From the NCBI GenBank assembly GCA_963718235.1, contig CAVQYR010000002.1:128001-192000 (forward strand): a stretch of 64,000 nt of DNA. Direction: 5' to 3'. The stretch's first letter is position 1, and the number at the start of each line of letters is the position of its first letter. Under the pieces are notes generated by a model that saw nothing but the letters and a program-made list of their open reading frames with translations, ran no database searches and was not told the origin of the DNA. Both the position numbers and the translations under genes were made by a program. Of the stretch, positions 9,381 to 19,382 are shown piece after piece. The DNA is from an uncultured Actinomycetota bacterium. Its GTDB lineage: Bacteria; Actinomycetota; Actinomycetes; JAHEKZ01.

Positions 9381-10256
9381 GTGACCACTACTGCGGGGCG
9401 CAAGCCCGCTGTCGACGCCCAGTGTGCGGCGGCGGTCGACCTCGCCCGTGACGCCCTGAACGAGCTCACGGCTGCCGACACCATCGGTGACCACCTCGGC
9501 GTCGAGGCAGACGCCGAACGGGTCGTGACCCACTTCTTCGAGTGCCGTCAGGCCGGCTACGTCGGGTGGCGGTGGGCGGTGTCGGTGGCGCGTGCCTCGA
9601 GAGCGAAGGAGGTCACCGTCGACGAGACGGTGCTGCTTCCAGGCCCTGAGGCACTGCTGTCCCCCGAGTGGGTGCCCTGGAGCGAGCGGCTGCAGCCCGG
9701 TGACCTCGGTGTCGGCGACCTCCTGCCCTCCCACGCCGACGACGAGCGGCTCGAGCCCGGCTGGAACGACTCCGCGGTCGACAGCGAGGACGAGGTCGAC
9801 GCCGACTGGGCCGCGTTGTCGGCGCGGTACGCCCTCGACCGTCGGCGGGTGCTGTCCCCGATCGGGCTGGACGACGCGATCGACCGCTGGTTGGCGGGGG
9901 ACTCCGGACCGACCTCCTCGATGGCCCTGGCGGCGCCCGCCACCTGCTCGACGTGCGGGTTCCGGGTCGCTCTGCACGGTCGGCTGGGCCAGGCCTTCGG
10001 GGTGTGCGCGAACGTCTACTCCCCAAGCGACGGTCGCGTGGTGTCGATGGACCACGGGTGCGGGGCGCACTCCGAGTCGGCAGTGGTTCCGCTGACCCAG
10101 GCGGCGAGCCCGGTCGTCGACGAGCTCGGGTTCGACATCGTGGACGAGCGCGCGGACGCGGGGCCGGAGACCGGGCTTGAGACCGGGCTTGAGACCGGGC
10201 TTGAGACCGGGAGCGTGACCGACGCCGACCCTGGCGAGGACCTCGGGCACGGCTGA
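9381..10256 (+). CDS. DUF3027 protein
   Basis: GYVGWRWAVSV, LLPGPEALLSPEWVPWSERLQPGDLG, CSTCGF...GVCAN...DHGCGAHSE. Confidence 0.88.
   Translation: MTTTAGRKPAVDAQCAAAVDLARDALNELTAADTIGDHLGVEADAERVVTHFFECRQAGYVGWRWAVSVARASRAKEVTVDETVLLPGPEALLSPEWVPWSERLQPGDLGVGDLLPSHADDERLEPGWNDSAVDSEDEVDADWAALSARYALDRRRVLSPIGLDDAIDRWLAGDSGPTSSMALAAPATCSTCGFRVALHGRLGQAFGVCANVYSPSDGRVVSMDHGCGAHSESAVVPLTQAASPVVDELGFDIVDERADAGPETGLETGLETGLETGSVTDADPGEDLGHG
10167..10211 (+). repeat. In-frame 12-bp tandem repeat GAGACCGGGCTT x3.75 (ETGL)
   Basis: Read directly; lies in the C-terminal tail of DUF3027. Confidence 0.9.
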
Positions 10257-10259
10257 TCC

Positions 10260-13200
10260 GTGTCGGCGCACGCGACTGACGACCCGTTCGGCACGTCCGC
10301 CCTGCGCCGGTCCGTGCTCGACGGCTGGGTCGCCTCACCGACCCGGTTCCGCGAGGACGCCAACGTCGAGGACGACTTCGCGCGCGACGGCTACCGCAAC
10401 CAGCTGCTCGTCGAGCTGGCCCAGAACGCCGCCGACGCCGCCTTCGTCGGCGAGGTGCCCGGTCGGCTTCTGCTGCAGCTGACCCAGGGAGCGCTGCTGG
10501 CGGCCAACACCGGTCGGCCGCTCGACGTCGAGGGCGTGCGTGCGTTGGCGTCGATGCGCGCGTCGGCCAAGCGGGACGCGCGTACGGTCGGACGGTTCGG
10601 GGCCGGGTTCGCCGCCGTGCTCTCGGTCACTGACGAGCCGACCATCGTGTCCCGCGACGGCGGGGTCCGGTTCTCCGCAGGGGCGACCCGAGACGAGGTC
10701 GCGGCCGTCCCTCACCTGGCCGAGGAGCTGACCCGCCGCTCGGGGCACCTGCCCGTGCTTCGCCTGCCCTTCGCGGTCGGTGCGGGCGACACCGTCGTCC
10801 CCGACGGCTACGACACCGTGGTCGTGCTGCCCCTGCGCGACGACGCTGCGCACCTCGCGGTCAAACGGCTGCTCGACGACCTCGACGCTGCGCTCCTGCT
10901 TGCGCTTCCCGCCCTGCAGGAGGTCGTGGTCGACACCACCGACCGGTGCCGCACGTTGAGCGTGCAGCGCGAGGCCGCTGTCGTCCGCCTCCACGACAGC
11001 GACGGCGCCGACGGTGCCGACGACGTCGTCACCGTGTGGCACACGGTGGAGCGCTCCGGACCACTCGACCAGGCGCTGCTCGCCGACCGACCGGTCGAGG
11101 AGCGCCAGCGTCCGTCCTGGTCGGTGCTGTGGGCGGTCCCGGTCGACGCCGGTCGCCCCACCCCCCTGCCGACCGGGGTTCCGTCGGTGCTGCATGCGCC
11201 CACTCGTAGTGCCGAGCCGATCAGCCTTCCTGCCCTGCTCGTGGCGAGCCTGCCCCTGGACCCCAGTCGCCGCCATGTCGCCCCGGGACCCCTGGCCTCG
11301 TGGATCGCTGAGCAGGCCGCCTCGGCCTACGCCGACCTCGTCGAGCAGGTGGCCGCCGAGCTCGGGTCCGAGGCCCTGCGGCTGGTGCCGGTCGGCCCAG
11401 CGGCCGGCGCGTTGGACGCCGCTGTCCGTGAGCACGCCCTGGACGAGCTTCGGGCCCGCCCGCTCGTCCCCCTGGCCGATGACGTCGGTCACCGGGTGGC
11501 CGCCCGCGACGCCGCGCGCCTGGAGCCTTCGGACGACGGGGTCGTCGCGGTGGTGGCCCAGGCCCATGCGGGGCTGGCCGATCCGGCATGGGCCGCTGCT
11601 CGGTCGGCCATGGACGCCCTCGGCTCGCCGGTTCTGGAGCTGGCCAACGTCCTCGACGCACTCACGGCGCTCCACCGACCGGCGTCGTGGTGGCGAAGCC
11701 TGTACGAGGTGCTCGACTCGGCGCGGGTCGACCGTGAGGTGCTCGACGGTCTTCCGGTGCCACTGGTCGGCGGACGGGTGCGGAGGGGGGCCCGGGGCGT
11801 TGTCATTTCGGAGGGGGAAGCGGTCGACGAGGCGTTGGCCGTCGCCGCGGGCCTGGCGCTCGTCGACCCGGCCGCTGCGCACCCGTTGCTCGGGCGGCTC
11901 GGGGCCCAGCCGGCTGACCCGCACGCGCTGCTCGTCATGCCGGCACTGCTCGACGCCGTGTCGGCGTCGGGTGAGCACGACGACCCCGCTCCCCTGGCTG
12001 CCGCCGTTCTCCGGGTGGCGCGGGACTCTGGCCTGACCCGCCTGGACGAGCGCTTCGCCGACCTCGTGCTGCCGACCGCGGACGGCGCGTGGGAGCCGGC
12101 CGGTTCACTCGTCCTTGCCGGCTCTCCACTGGCCGAAGCCCTCGGCGATCCGCACTGTGTCGCCGACGAGTGGGTCGAACGGTTCGGTGAGGAGACGCTG
12201 GGTCTCGTCGGCGTCGCGAGCACGTTTCCGGTTCGTCGTCACCACGACGTGTCCCTGGAGCCAGGGGTGGTCGGCGAAGTGTTCCCCGACGGTGACGAGT
12301 GGGCCGACTGGGTGCTCGACCAGCTGCCCCACGCGGACTTCGCTCCCCTGGTCCCGGAGCTCACCGTCCTGGAACGGCTCGACGACGTGCGCGACGATGC
12401 CTGGCCGCGTGCGCTGCAGATGCTCGGCGAGCCCCCACTGCGAAGCGCTGTCGTCGACCCGGTCCGGGTGCTGCTCCCCGACGGACGTGGCGTCGACGTC
12501 GTCTCCCCCTCGGCGTGGTGGCTGCGCGAGGCTCCGCTCTTCGGGGAGGTGGCACCGGTCGACCTACGACTGCCCGGGTCGGACCCGCGGCTGTCCGGGC
12601 TGTTCGTCGACGCACCGGAGACCGCCTGCGCCGTCGACCCCGACCTGCTCGGAGCCCTCGGGGTGCGTCGCAGCCTCACCGACCTGCTGGCCGACGTCGA
12701 CGGGCCCGAGGACCTGCTGGAGCGACTCCTGGGCGAGGACCGGATGGTCGGGGCCGGTCAGCTCAACGCGTTGTACGCAGCACTCGCGGCCCTGCCTCCG
12801 CAACGCTGGCCGCAGCCGCGCCCCCAGGTCCGGGTTCCCGATGCCGCCGGCAGCCGGGTCGTCGAGGCCGACGACGTCGTGGTCGTCCTCTCGCCGCTGC
12901 ACCGGCCCTTGGTCGACCGGAGCGCGCTGCCCGGCGACGCGCGGCTGGCCGAGCTGCTCGACCTCGACTCGTCCGAGCACCTGGTGGAGGCAGAGGTCGA
13001 GACGCACGGAGTGCGGCGTGAGGTCGTGCCCCAGGTGCTCGAGGTCCTGCCTGGCTCGCCCACCACCTGGTGGGAGTACGACGACCTCGTCGTGGTCGGG
13101 CATCAGGTCGACGCGTGGGTGGATGCCGCGGGGGAGGTCCATGCCTGCACGACGGACGGGCTGGCGGGGGCGCTGAGCTGGGCCGCCGGCGCATGGTCGT

Positions 13201-13325
13201 CTCGTCGTGACGTCGCTGCCGTGCTCGCCGACGCCTCGACGGCCGACGACGTGCTGGTCCAGCGGGCCTACGAGTCCTGGGGCGACCCGGAGGCGTCCTC
13301 GGAGGGCGTCGAGCCGCGTCGGTAG
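10260..13325 (+). CDS. Sacsin N-terminal-like GHKL ATPase domain protein
   Basis: Bergerat-fold motifs LLVELAQNAADA, ANTGRPLD, VGRFGAGFAAV; 1021 aa. Confidence 0.8.
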   Translation: MSAHATDDPFGTSALRRSVLDGWVASPTRFREDANVEDDFARDGYRNQLLVELAQNAADAAFVGEVPGRLLLQLTQGALLAANTGRPLDVEGVRALASMRASAKRDARTVGRFGAGFAAVLSVTDEPTIVSRDGGVRFSAGATRDEVAAVPHLAEELTRRSGHLPVLRLPFAVGAGDTVVPDGYDTVVVLPLRDDAAHLAVKRLLDDLDAALLLALPALQEVVVDTTDRCRTLSVQREAAVVRLHDSDGADGADDVVTVWHTVERSGPLDQALLADRPVEERQRPSWSVLWAVPVDAGRPTPLPTGVPSVLHAPTRSAEPISLPALLVASLPLDPSRRHVAPGPLASWIAEQAASAYADLVEQVAAELGSEALRLVPVGPAAGALDAAVREHALDELRARPLVPLADDVGHRVAARDAARLEPSDDGVVAVVAQAHAGLADPAWAAARSAMDALGSPVLELANVLDALTALHRPASWWRSLYEVLDSARVDREVLDGLPVPLVGGRVRRGARGVVISEGEAVDEALAVAAGLALVDPAAAHPLLGRLGAQPADPHALLVMPALLDAVSASGEHDDPAPLAAAVLRVARDSGLTRLDERFADLVLPTADGAWEPAGSLVLAGSPLAEALGDPHCVADEWVERFGEETLGLVGVASTFPVRRHHDVSLEPGVVGEVFPDGDEWADWVLDQLPHADFAPLVPELTVLERLDDVRDDAWPRALQMLGEPPLRSAVVDPVRVLLPDGRGVDVVSPSAWWLREAPLFGEVAPVDLRLPGSDPRLSGLFVDAPETACAVDPDLLGALGVRRSLTDLLADVDGPEDLLERLLGEDRMVGAGQLNALYAALAALPPQRWPQPRPQVRVPDAAGSRVVEADDVVVVLSPLHRPLVDRSALPGDARLAELLDLDSSEHLVEAEVETHGVRREVVPQVLEVLPGSPTTWWEYDDLVVVGHQVDAWVDAAGEVHACTTDGLAGALSWAAGAWSSRRDVAAVLADASTADDVLVQRAYESWGDPEASSEGVEPRR

Positions 13326-13555
13326 GCGCTGCGACGTCGCAGCAGGAACGCGATCCCGACGAGGCCGAGGACGAACCCGACGGCAGCGGTGGCCACCCAC
13401 CAGCCGTGGCCCTCGTCGCCCAGCCGGTCGCGCATCACGACGAGCACGACCAGGCCCCCCAGCCAGAGCCCGGTGCCCACGACAGCGGTCCGCACCCCGT
13501 CGACCTCGAGCGGCGCGACGGTGGTGGCGCGACCGGGGGGCGGGTGGTCTGGCAC
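13268..13555 (-). CDS. DUF2530 small membrane protein
   Basis: Two TM segments (VVGTGLWLGGLVVL; WWVATAAVGFVLGLVG); leaderless TAGGCT+6+GTG; syntenic position. Confidence 0.75.
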   Translation of the reverse strand: MPDHPPPGRATTVAPLEVDGVRTAVVGTGLWLGGLVVLVVMRDRLGDEGHGWWVATAAVGFVLGLVGIAFLLRRRSAYRRGSTPSEDASGSPQDS

Positions 13556-13595
13556 GGCGTCAGCCTAACGACGCGCCGTCGGCGAGACTGTCGCG

Positions 13596-14151
13596 GTGAG
13601 GTTGTTCGCCGCCCTGGAGCTTCCCGATGGTGTGCGGGCCGAGCTGGCCGCGTGGTCCGGCCCGCTGCTCCGGGAGGTGCCGGGGCTGCGGGTCGGTGAC
13701 CCGGCGCTGTGGCACGTGACGACGGCCTTCTATGGAGAGGTCGACGAGTCGCTGCTCGAGAAGCTGCGGTCGGAGGCTGGCACGGGTCCGCGTCGCGGCA
13801 CCCCCCGATGACGCTCCACCTGGCCGGAGCCGGTCGTTTCGGGGACCGCGTGCTGTGGACTGGGGCTTGCAGGGGACCTCGACCCCCTGCGCAGGCTCGC
13901 CGCATCGGCTGCGGCGGCCGGTGCGTCGCGAGGGGCTGCGCGTCGAACGCGGGCGCTACCGGCCCCATGTGACCCTGGCCCGCGCGGCGAGACCCACCGA
14001 CCTGCGCGGGCTGGTGCGAGCCATGACCGGTTGGAGCAGCAGTCCGTGGTCGGCCGGCGAGCTCGGCCTGTTCCGCAGCGACCTCGGACCACCGGTGCGT
14101 CACACCCTGGTCGGGACGTGGCCGCTGGGGGGCTCGCCTCGCACCCGCTGA
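13596..14151 (+). CDS. thpR: RNA 2',3'-cyclic phosphodiesterase (2H family), frameshifted
   Basis: MRLFAALE, two HxT motifs (WHVTTAF; PHVTLAR) in different frames. Confidence 0.8.
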
Positions 14152-14182
14152 CCCGTCGGACGTCGGTCCTAGACTCGCGGGC

Positions 14183-14809
14183 ATGTCGCCGCCCCGGGAG
14201 TCCGTCGGCGGGCAGGTGGAGGGCGAGGACTGGGACGGACGCCACCTGGCCGGCGAGGAGTTCACCGGCATCGCCTTCGTCGACGTTGACCTCACCGAGG
14301 TCACCGACGAGGGTGCCGTCTTCACCGACTGCACGTTCAGCAACGTGCGGTTCAACGCCTCGACGCACAGCAACGCGGCCTTCGTGAACTGCGGCTTCTC
14401 GGGGTGCTCGTTCTTCGACGCCACCTTCACGGGCTGCAAGCTGGTCGGCTCCACGTTCACCCGGTGCACGTTCCCGCTGCTGAAGGTCGCCGGGGGTGAC
14501 TGGTCGTTCGTCGGGCTGCGCGGGGCCGACCTGCGAGGGGCGAGCTTCACGGGCGTCCGGATGCGTGAGGCAGACCTGTCGGGGGTGAACGCCGAGGGGG
14601 TCACGCTGCGCGAGGTCGACCTCTCCGGCGCCACGGTGCACCAGGCGAACCTGTCCGGCAGTGACCTGCGCGGCTCCGACCTGTCCGCCCTCGACCCGAT
14701 GACCGTAGATCTCAGACGCTCGACGATCGGCTGGGAGCAGGCGGTGCAGCTGGCCGAGACCCTCGGGCTCGACGTACGCCCAGACGAACCGCCCCGGAGC
14801 CGGGACTAG
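14183..14809 (+). CDS. Pentapeptide repeat protein (MfpA/Qnr-like fold)
   Basis: Continuous A(D/N)LXX-type repeats (ADLRG ASFTG, ADLSG, ANLSG SDLRG); leaderless TAGACT+7+ATG. Confidence 0.9.
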   Translation: MSPPRESVGGQVEGEDWDGRHLAGEEFTGIAFVDVDLTEVTDEGAVFTDCTFSNVRFNASTHSNAAFVNCGFSGCSFFDATFTGCKLVGSTFTRCTFPLLKVAGGDWSFVGLRGADLRGASFTGVRMREADLSGVNAEGVTLREVDLSGATVHQANLSGSDLRGSDLSALDPMTVDLRRSTIGWEQAVQLAETLGLDVRPDEPPRSRD

Positions 14810-14818
14810 CCTGCACGC

Positions 14819-14902
14819 GTGGACCCTCGAACCCGGCGCTGGCTGGTCCCGCTCGCGCTGATCGTGTTCGTGGCGGTCGTCGTGCTCGCCTCGGTGCTGT
14901 GA
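14819..14902 (+). CDS. Putative 27-aa single-TM microprotein MDPRTRRWLVPLALIVFVAVVVLASVL
   Basis: Manual translation; TAGCCT + 6 nt + GTG leaderless signature; fills the intergenic gap. Confidence 0.55.
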   Translation: MDPRTRRWLVPLALIVFVAVVVLASVL

Positions 14903-14908
14903 GCCCGC

Positions 14909-15880
14909 CTACCAGGCGTAGGCCTCCGGCGCCGTCCCGCCGGGGCCGGGGAAGATCTCGTCGAGCCGGGTCAGCGTGTCGTCGTCCAAGGTGATGTCCA
15001 GTGCCCGCAGGGACCCGTCGAGCTGGGCGACCGTGCGCGGACCGATGATCGGCGCGGCCACGGCCGGCCGGGTGAGCAGCCACGCGATCCCTACGTCGGC
15101 CGGGTGCTCGCCGAGCTCGTCACAGAACGCCTCGTAGGCCTCGACCTGCGGCCGGTACCGGGCCAGCCGCTCCTGGGCGTTCTCCCCGGCAGCCCTGCCT
15201 TCGTCGGCCTTGCGCAGGATCCCGCCGAGCAGCCCGCCCATCAGCGGGGACCAGGGGATGACGCCGAGACCCAGCCCGCCGGCGGCGGGGAGGACCTCGA
15301 GCTCGACCGTGCGCTCGAGCAGGTTGTAGATGGACTGCTCGCTGACCAGTCCCAGCTGGTGCCGCTGCGCAGCCTTGGCCTGGGCCTGGGCGATGTGCCA
15401 CCCCGCGAAGTTCGACGACCCGAAGTACAGCACCTTGCCCTGCGTGCGCAGCACCTCGAACGCCTCCCAGATCTCGTCCCAGGGGGTCGCCCGGTCGACG
15501 TGGTGCATCTGGTAGAGGTCGATGAAGTCGGTCCTCAGCCGCTGCAGGGAGGCGTCGCACGCCAGGCGGATGTTGCGGGCCGACAGGAACGTGTCGTTGG
15601 GCCAGTCGCTCATCGATCCGTAGAGCTTCGTGGCGAGCACGACCTTCTCGCGCCGGCCCCCGCCCTGGTCGATCCACCGGCCGATGATCTGCTCGGTGAC
15701 GCCCTCGCCCTTCTTCCAGCCGTAGACGTTGGCCGTGTCGAAGAAGTTCAGCCCGTGCTCGAGCGCCCGGTCCATGATGGCGAAGGAGTCGGGCTCGCTG
15801 GTCTCCGGCCCGAAGTTCATGGTCCCGAGGGCGAGCCGTGAGACCTGGAGACCCGATCGGCCGAGGTGGGTGTAGTCCAT
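14909..15880 (-). CDS. Aldo/keto reductase
   Basis: LGRSGLQVSRLALGTMNFG, FFDTANVYG, IDLYQMHH, IPWSPL. Confidence 0.93.
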   Translation of the reverse strand: MDYTHLGRSGLQVSRLALGTMNFGPETSEPDSFAIMDRALEHGLNFFDTANVYGWKKGEGVTEQIIGRWIDQGGGRREKVVLATKLYGSMSDWPNDTFLSARNIRLACDASLQRLRTDFIDLYQMHHVDRATPWDEIWEAFEVLRTQGKVLYFGSSNFAGWHIAQAQAKAAQRHQLGLVSEQSIYNLLERTVELEVLPAAGGLGLGVIPWSPLMGGLLGGILRKADEGRAAGENAQERLARYRPQVEAYEAFCDELGEHPADVGIAWLLTRPAVAAPIIGPRTVAQLDGSLRALDITLDDDTLTRLDEIFPGPGGTAPEAYAW

Positions 15881-15916
15881 GTCTCAGCACGTTAGTCGGC
15901 GTGCGAGGCTTGTGCA

Positions 15917-17143
15917 GTGCCGACCACGTTGAACGAGGCCCTCGAGCAGGCGAGGGCCGAGCTGCTCGACCCGAACCGGCTGGTGCGCGCCGTGGCCGCG
16001 GGGCGTCGCCGGGGCAGCAGCCCGAAATGGCGCAAGGCGGAGCTGCGGCCGGTCGAGCTCAAGGCCGGACCTCGGCTTCAGGTGACCCTGTTCGACGAGA
16101 GCCAGGCGCACACGGCCAACCACACCTGGGACGCCGACGCCTCGACTGCCGTCGACGCGCTGCTCGAGCAGCCGTTCGGGAACTGGCACGTCGACAGCGT
16201 CGACGGGTCGCTGCAGATCCGCGTGACCAAGCGCGGCGAGGCCCAGGTGCACCGCCGTAGCGGCGCACGTGAGCAGCAAGCCGCGCACGACCGCAGCAAG
16301 CCGCGTCTCGTGGACCCGGGGGAGCCCTTCCTGCTCGAGCTGGGGGTCAGCACGGCCGACGGGAAGGTCAAGCCCAGCCGTACCGACAAGTACCAGCAGG
16401 TCGAGCAGTTCGTGCGGGCGCTCGCACCAGTGGCGCCCACCACCGGCCCGGTCCGGGTGGTCGACCTCGGCTGTGGCAACGCGTACCTCACCTTCGCCTG
16501 CTACCGCTACCTGACGACAGTGCTCCCCGGTGCCGTCGCGCTCGTCGGTGTCGACGTCAAGCAGCAGTCCCGCGAGCACAACACCGCGGTGGCCGGGCGG
16601 CTCGGGTGGACCGAGGCGGTCACGTTCGTCCAAGGCGCCATCGACGACGTCGACCTCGCCCCTCGAGAGCCCGGCGAGGCCGAGCTGCCGACCGCTGACG
16701 TCGTCCTCGCCCTGCACGCGTGTGACACCGCGACCGACGACGCACTGGCCCGAGCGGTCCGCTGGCAGGCACCTGTGGTGCTGGCGGCCCCGTGCTGTCA
16801 CCACGACCTGCAGCGGCGCCTGCGTGAGGCCGGATCTGCTCCTGCGTCGTTGGCGCCGGTACTGCGACACGGGTTGCTGCGGGAGCGGCTCGGCGACGTG
16901 CTCACCGACGCCTGGCGCGCGCTGGTCCTGCGGCTGCTCGGGTACCGCGTGGAGGTGATCGAGTTCGTCGACTCCGTGCACACCCCGCGCAACGTCCTGC
17001 TCCGTGCGGTGCGTACCGGGGCCGCGGCCACGGCCGAGCAGTGGGCCGAGCACGACGGCCTGGTCGACAGCTGGGGCACTCAGCCGTACCTGGCCGACGT
17101 GCTGGGTACCGAGCTGGACGCTGCCCGCGAGCGACCCGCATGA
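15917..17143 (+). CDS. Class I SAM-dependent methyltransferase (Methyltransf_32-like)
   Basis: VVDLGCGNAYLTF, VLALHACDTATD, APCCHH, HTPRNVLLRA. Confidence 0.88.
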   Translation: MPTTLNEALEQARAELLDPNRLVRAVAAGRRRGSSPKWRKAELRPVELKAGPRLQVTLFDESQAHTANHTWDADASTAVDALLEQPFGNWHVDSVDGSLQIRVTKRGEAQVHRRSGAREQQAAHDRSKPRLVDPGEPFLLELGVSTADGKVKPSRTDKYQQVEQFVRALAPVAPTTGPVRVVDLGCGNAYLTFACYRYLTTVLPGAVALVGVDVKQQSREHNTAVAGRLGWTEAVTFVQGAIDDVDLAPREPGEAELPTADVVLALHACDTATDDALARAVRWQAPVVLAAPCCHHDLQRRLREAGSAPASLAPVLRHGLLRERLGDVLTDAWRALVLRLLGYRVEVIEFVDSVHTPRNVLLRAVRTGAAATAEQWAEHDGLVDSWGTQPYLADVLGTELDAARERPA

Positions 17144-18177
17144 GTGCCCAGCGGACCTGGCTCGCCCGGGCACGCGTACCGGCTGTCGTGGTCGCTGCGC
17201 TGTGCCTGGCGGCGTCCGGCGTGGTCGCCCGCGCCGATCAGCCACCGAAGCTGCCCTCGACCGTGGCGTTCGTGGTGTCCGACCCCAGCATCGACGAGGC
17301 CAGCGGCATGACGGCGTCGCGCCTGCACCAGGGCGTGGTGTACATCGTCGAGGACAGCCGGAACGGCCCCACGGTCTTCGCGGTCGACAACGACGGTGAC
17401 ACGGCTGCGACCTTCACCCTGGCCGGGGCGACCAACGTCGACTGGGAGGCCATGGCTCCGGGTGCCGACGGACAGGGCAACCCGACGCTGTGGATCGGCG
17501 ACATCGGCGACAACGACAGCGAGCGCCCCTCGATCCGGCTGTACCGCGTCGACGAGCCCAGCGAGCTCGTCGACGGGGACCTGGGGTGGACGAAGATCGA
17601 CCTCACCTACCCCGACCGGCCGCACAACGCCGAGGCGCTGCTGGCCGACCCGACCTCCGGACGCCTCTACGTGGTCACCAAGGAGGCACTCGGCGCCGGC
17701 GTGTACGCCACTCCCACCGACATGGAGAGGGGGGGCGAGTACACGCTGACCCGGGTGGGCAACGCACCCATGTTCGTGACCGACGGGGCGATCTCCCCGG
17801 ACGGCGCACAGACCGTGTTGCGCACCTACGCCAACGCGGTGGTCACCGACGGGCCGGGAGGCTCGGAGCTGGCAAGGTACCGGCTGCCTCCGCAGCCCCA
17901 GGGCGAGACCCTGGCCTTCACGCCCGACGGGCGCGGGATGCTCGTCGGCAGCGAGGGCACCGACCAGCCCGTCTACCTGCTGGACGCCCCGCCGGTCGCG
18001 GCGGACGGCCCGACACCGAGTGAGTCGGCCACTGGCTCGCCCACCGACTCGCCCGACGCCGACCCGGACCCGGCTGGCTCCGACAGCGGCAACCCGGCCC
18101 TGGCCCTGGGGATCGCAGGCGTGGTGCTGGTCAGCCTGCTCGTCGGTGCCGTGATGGCGGGGCGACGGCGGGACTGA
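17140..18177 (+). CDS. Secreted, membrane-anchored beta-propeller-like protein
   Basis: Signal peptide; EASG, DWEAMA, LWIGDIGDN, HNAEAL, QGETLAF motifs; Pro/Ser linker, C-terminal TM and RRR. Confidence 0.7.
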   Translation: MSAQRTWLARARVPAVVVAALCLAASGVVARADQPPKLPSTVAFVVSDPSIDEASGMTASRLHQGVVYIVEDSRNGPTVFAVDNDGDTAATFTLAGATNVDWEAMAPGADGQGNPTLWIGDIGDNDSERPSIRLYRVDEPSELVDGDLGWTKIDLTYPDRPHNAEALLADPTSGRLYVVTKEALGAGVYATPTDMERGGEYTLTRVGNAPMFVTDGAISPDGAQTVLRTYANAVVTDGPGGSELARYRLPPQPQGETLAFTPDGRGMLVGSEGTDQPVYLLDAPPVAADGPTPSESATGSPTDSPDADPDPAGSDSGNPALALGIAGVVLVSLLVGAVMAGRRRD

Positions 18178-18181
18178 GCGG

Positions 18182-19315
18182 TCAGGCGAGCTGCTCGACC
18201 ACGGCGTCGATGCAGCGGGTGAGTGCCACGATGTCGTCGGGCTCGATCGACGGGAACATGGCGATTCGCAGCTGGTTGCGACCCAGCTTGCGGTAGGGCT
18301 CGGTGTCGACGACGCCGTGGGCGCGCAGCACCTTGGAGATGACGGCGGCATCGACGTCGTCACTGAAGTCGATCGTGCCGATCACGTTGGACCGCTTGGC
18401 GGGGTCGCTGACGTACGCCGAGGTGTAGCTCGTGCGGTCGGCCCAGGAGTACAGCGCCTCAGCCGAAGCGGCGCTGCGGCCGGTCGAGAAGGCCAGGCCA
18501 CCGTTGGCGTTGAACCAGTCGACCTGCTCGCCCATCATGAAGATCGTGCCCAGGGCCGGGGTGTTGTAGGTCTGGTCCTTGACCGAGTTGTCGATCGCGG
18601 TCTGCAGGTCGAGGAACGCGGGGATGTACCGGTCGGTGGCGGCGATCTCGGCAGCGCGCTCGAGCGCCTTCGGAGACATGAGGGCGAACCAGATGCCGCC
18701 GTCGCTGCCGAACGCCTTCTGCGGTGCGAAGTAGTAGACGTCGAACGCGGCCGCGTCGACGGGGAGTCCACCGGCCGCCGAGGTGGCGTCCCACACCATG
18801 AGCGCGTCGTCGTCAGCACCGGGCGCACGCACGACCTCGATCGCAACGCCGGTCGACGTCTCGTTCTGCGGCGCTGCGTACACGTCGATGCCGGCCTCGG
18901 AGGACCAGGTGGGTGCGTCGCCCGGCTCGCTCGTCAGCACCGACGGGTCGGACAGCCACGGCGCGGTCTGCACGGCCTTGACGAACTTCGAGCCGAACTC
19001 ACCGAACGCCAGGTGCTGGCTCCTGGTCCGGACCAGGCCGAACGCGGCGACCTCCCAGAAGGCGGTCGAGCCACCGTTGCCCAGGACCACCTCGTAGCCG
19101 TCGGGAAGGGAGAACAGGTCGCGCAGCCCCGCCCGGACCCGGCCCACCTCGCGCTTGACCGGCGCCTGCCGGTGGGACGTGCCGAGGAAGTCCTGCCAGC
19201 GACCGGCCAGGGCGTCGACCTGGGCCTGTCGGACCTTGCTGGGCCCGGCGCCGAAGCGTCCGTCACCAGGCAGCAGGTCGGCGGGCAGCGTGATGTCAGC
19301 GGGGTCCTTGGGCAT
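18182..19315 (-). CDS. serC: Phosphoserine aminotransferase
   Basis: DGRFGAGPSKVR, GTSHRQ, NETSTGV, YYFAPQK (PLP lysine), QTYNTP, DTEPYRKLGRNQLR. Confidence 0.96.
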   Translation of the reverse strand: MPKDPADITLPADLLPGDGRFGAGPSKVRQAQVDALAGRWQDFLGTSHRQAPVKREVGRVRAGLRDLFSLPDGYEVVLGNGGSTAFWEVAAFGLVRTRSQHLAFGEFGSKFVKAVQTAPWLSDPSVLTSEPGDAPTWSSEAGIDVYAAPQNETSTGVAIEVVRAPGADDDALMVWDATSAAGGLPVDAAAFDVYYFAPQKAFGSDGGIWFALMSPKALERAAEIAATDRYIPAFLDLQTAIDNSVKDQTYNTPALGTIFMMGEQVDWFNANGGLAFSTGRSAASAEALYSWADRTSYTSAYVSDPAKRSNVIGTIDFSDDVDAAVISKVLRAHGVVDTEPYRKLGRNQLRIAMFPSIEPDDIVALTRCIDAVVEQLA

Positions 19316-19382
19316 GCGCCCAGCCTAGGGGCCGCCGCGACGACGTCCAGCGGCTGTCCCGCGGGGTGGAACGGGCTGCGGG

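Noticed and set aside
13596-14151. Programmed frameshifting or pseudogenisation in thpR, parA and the amidohydrolase
   Set aside because: No slippery heptamers seen, motifs are intact, and sequencing error is more parsimonious.
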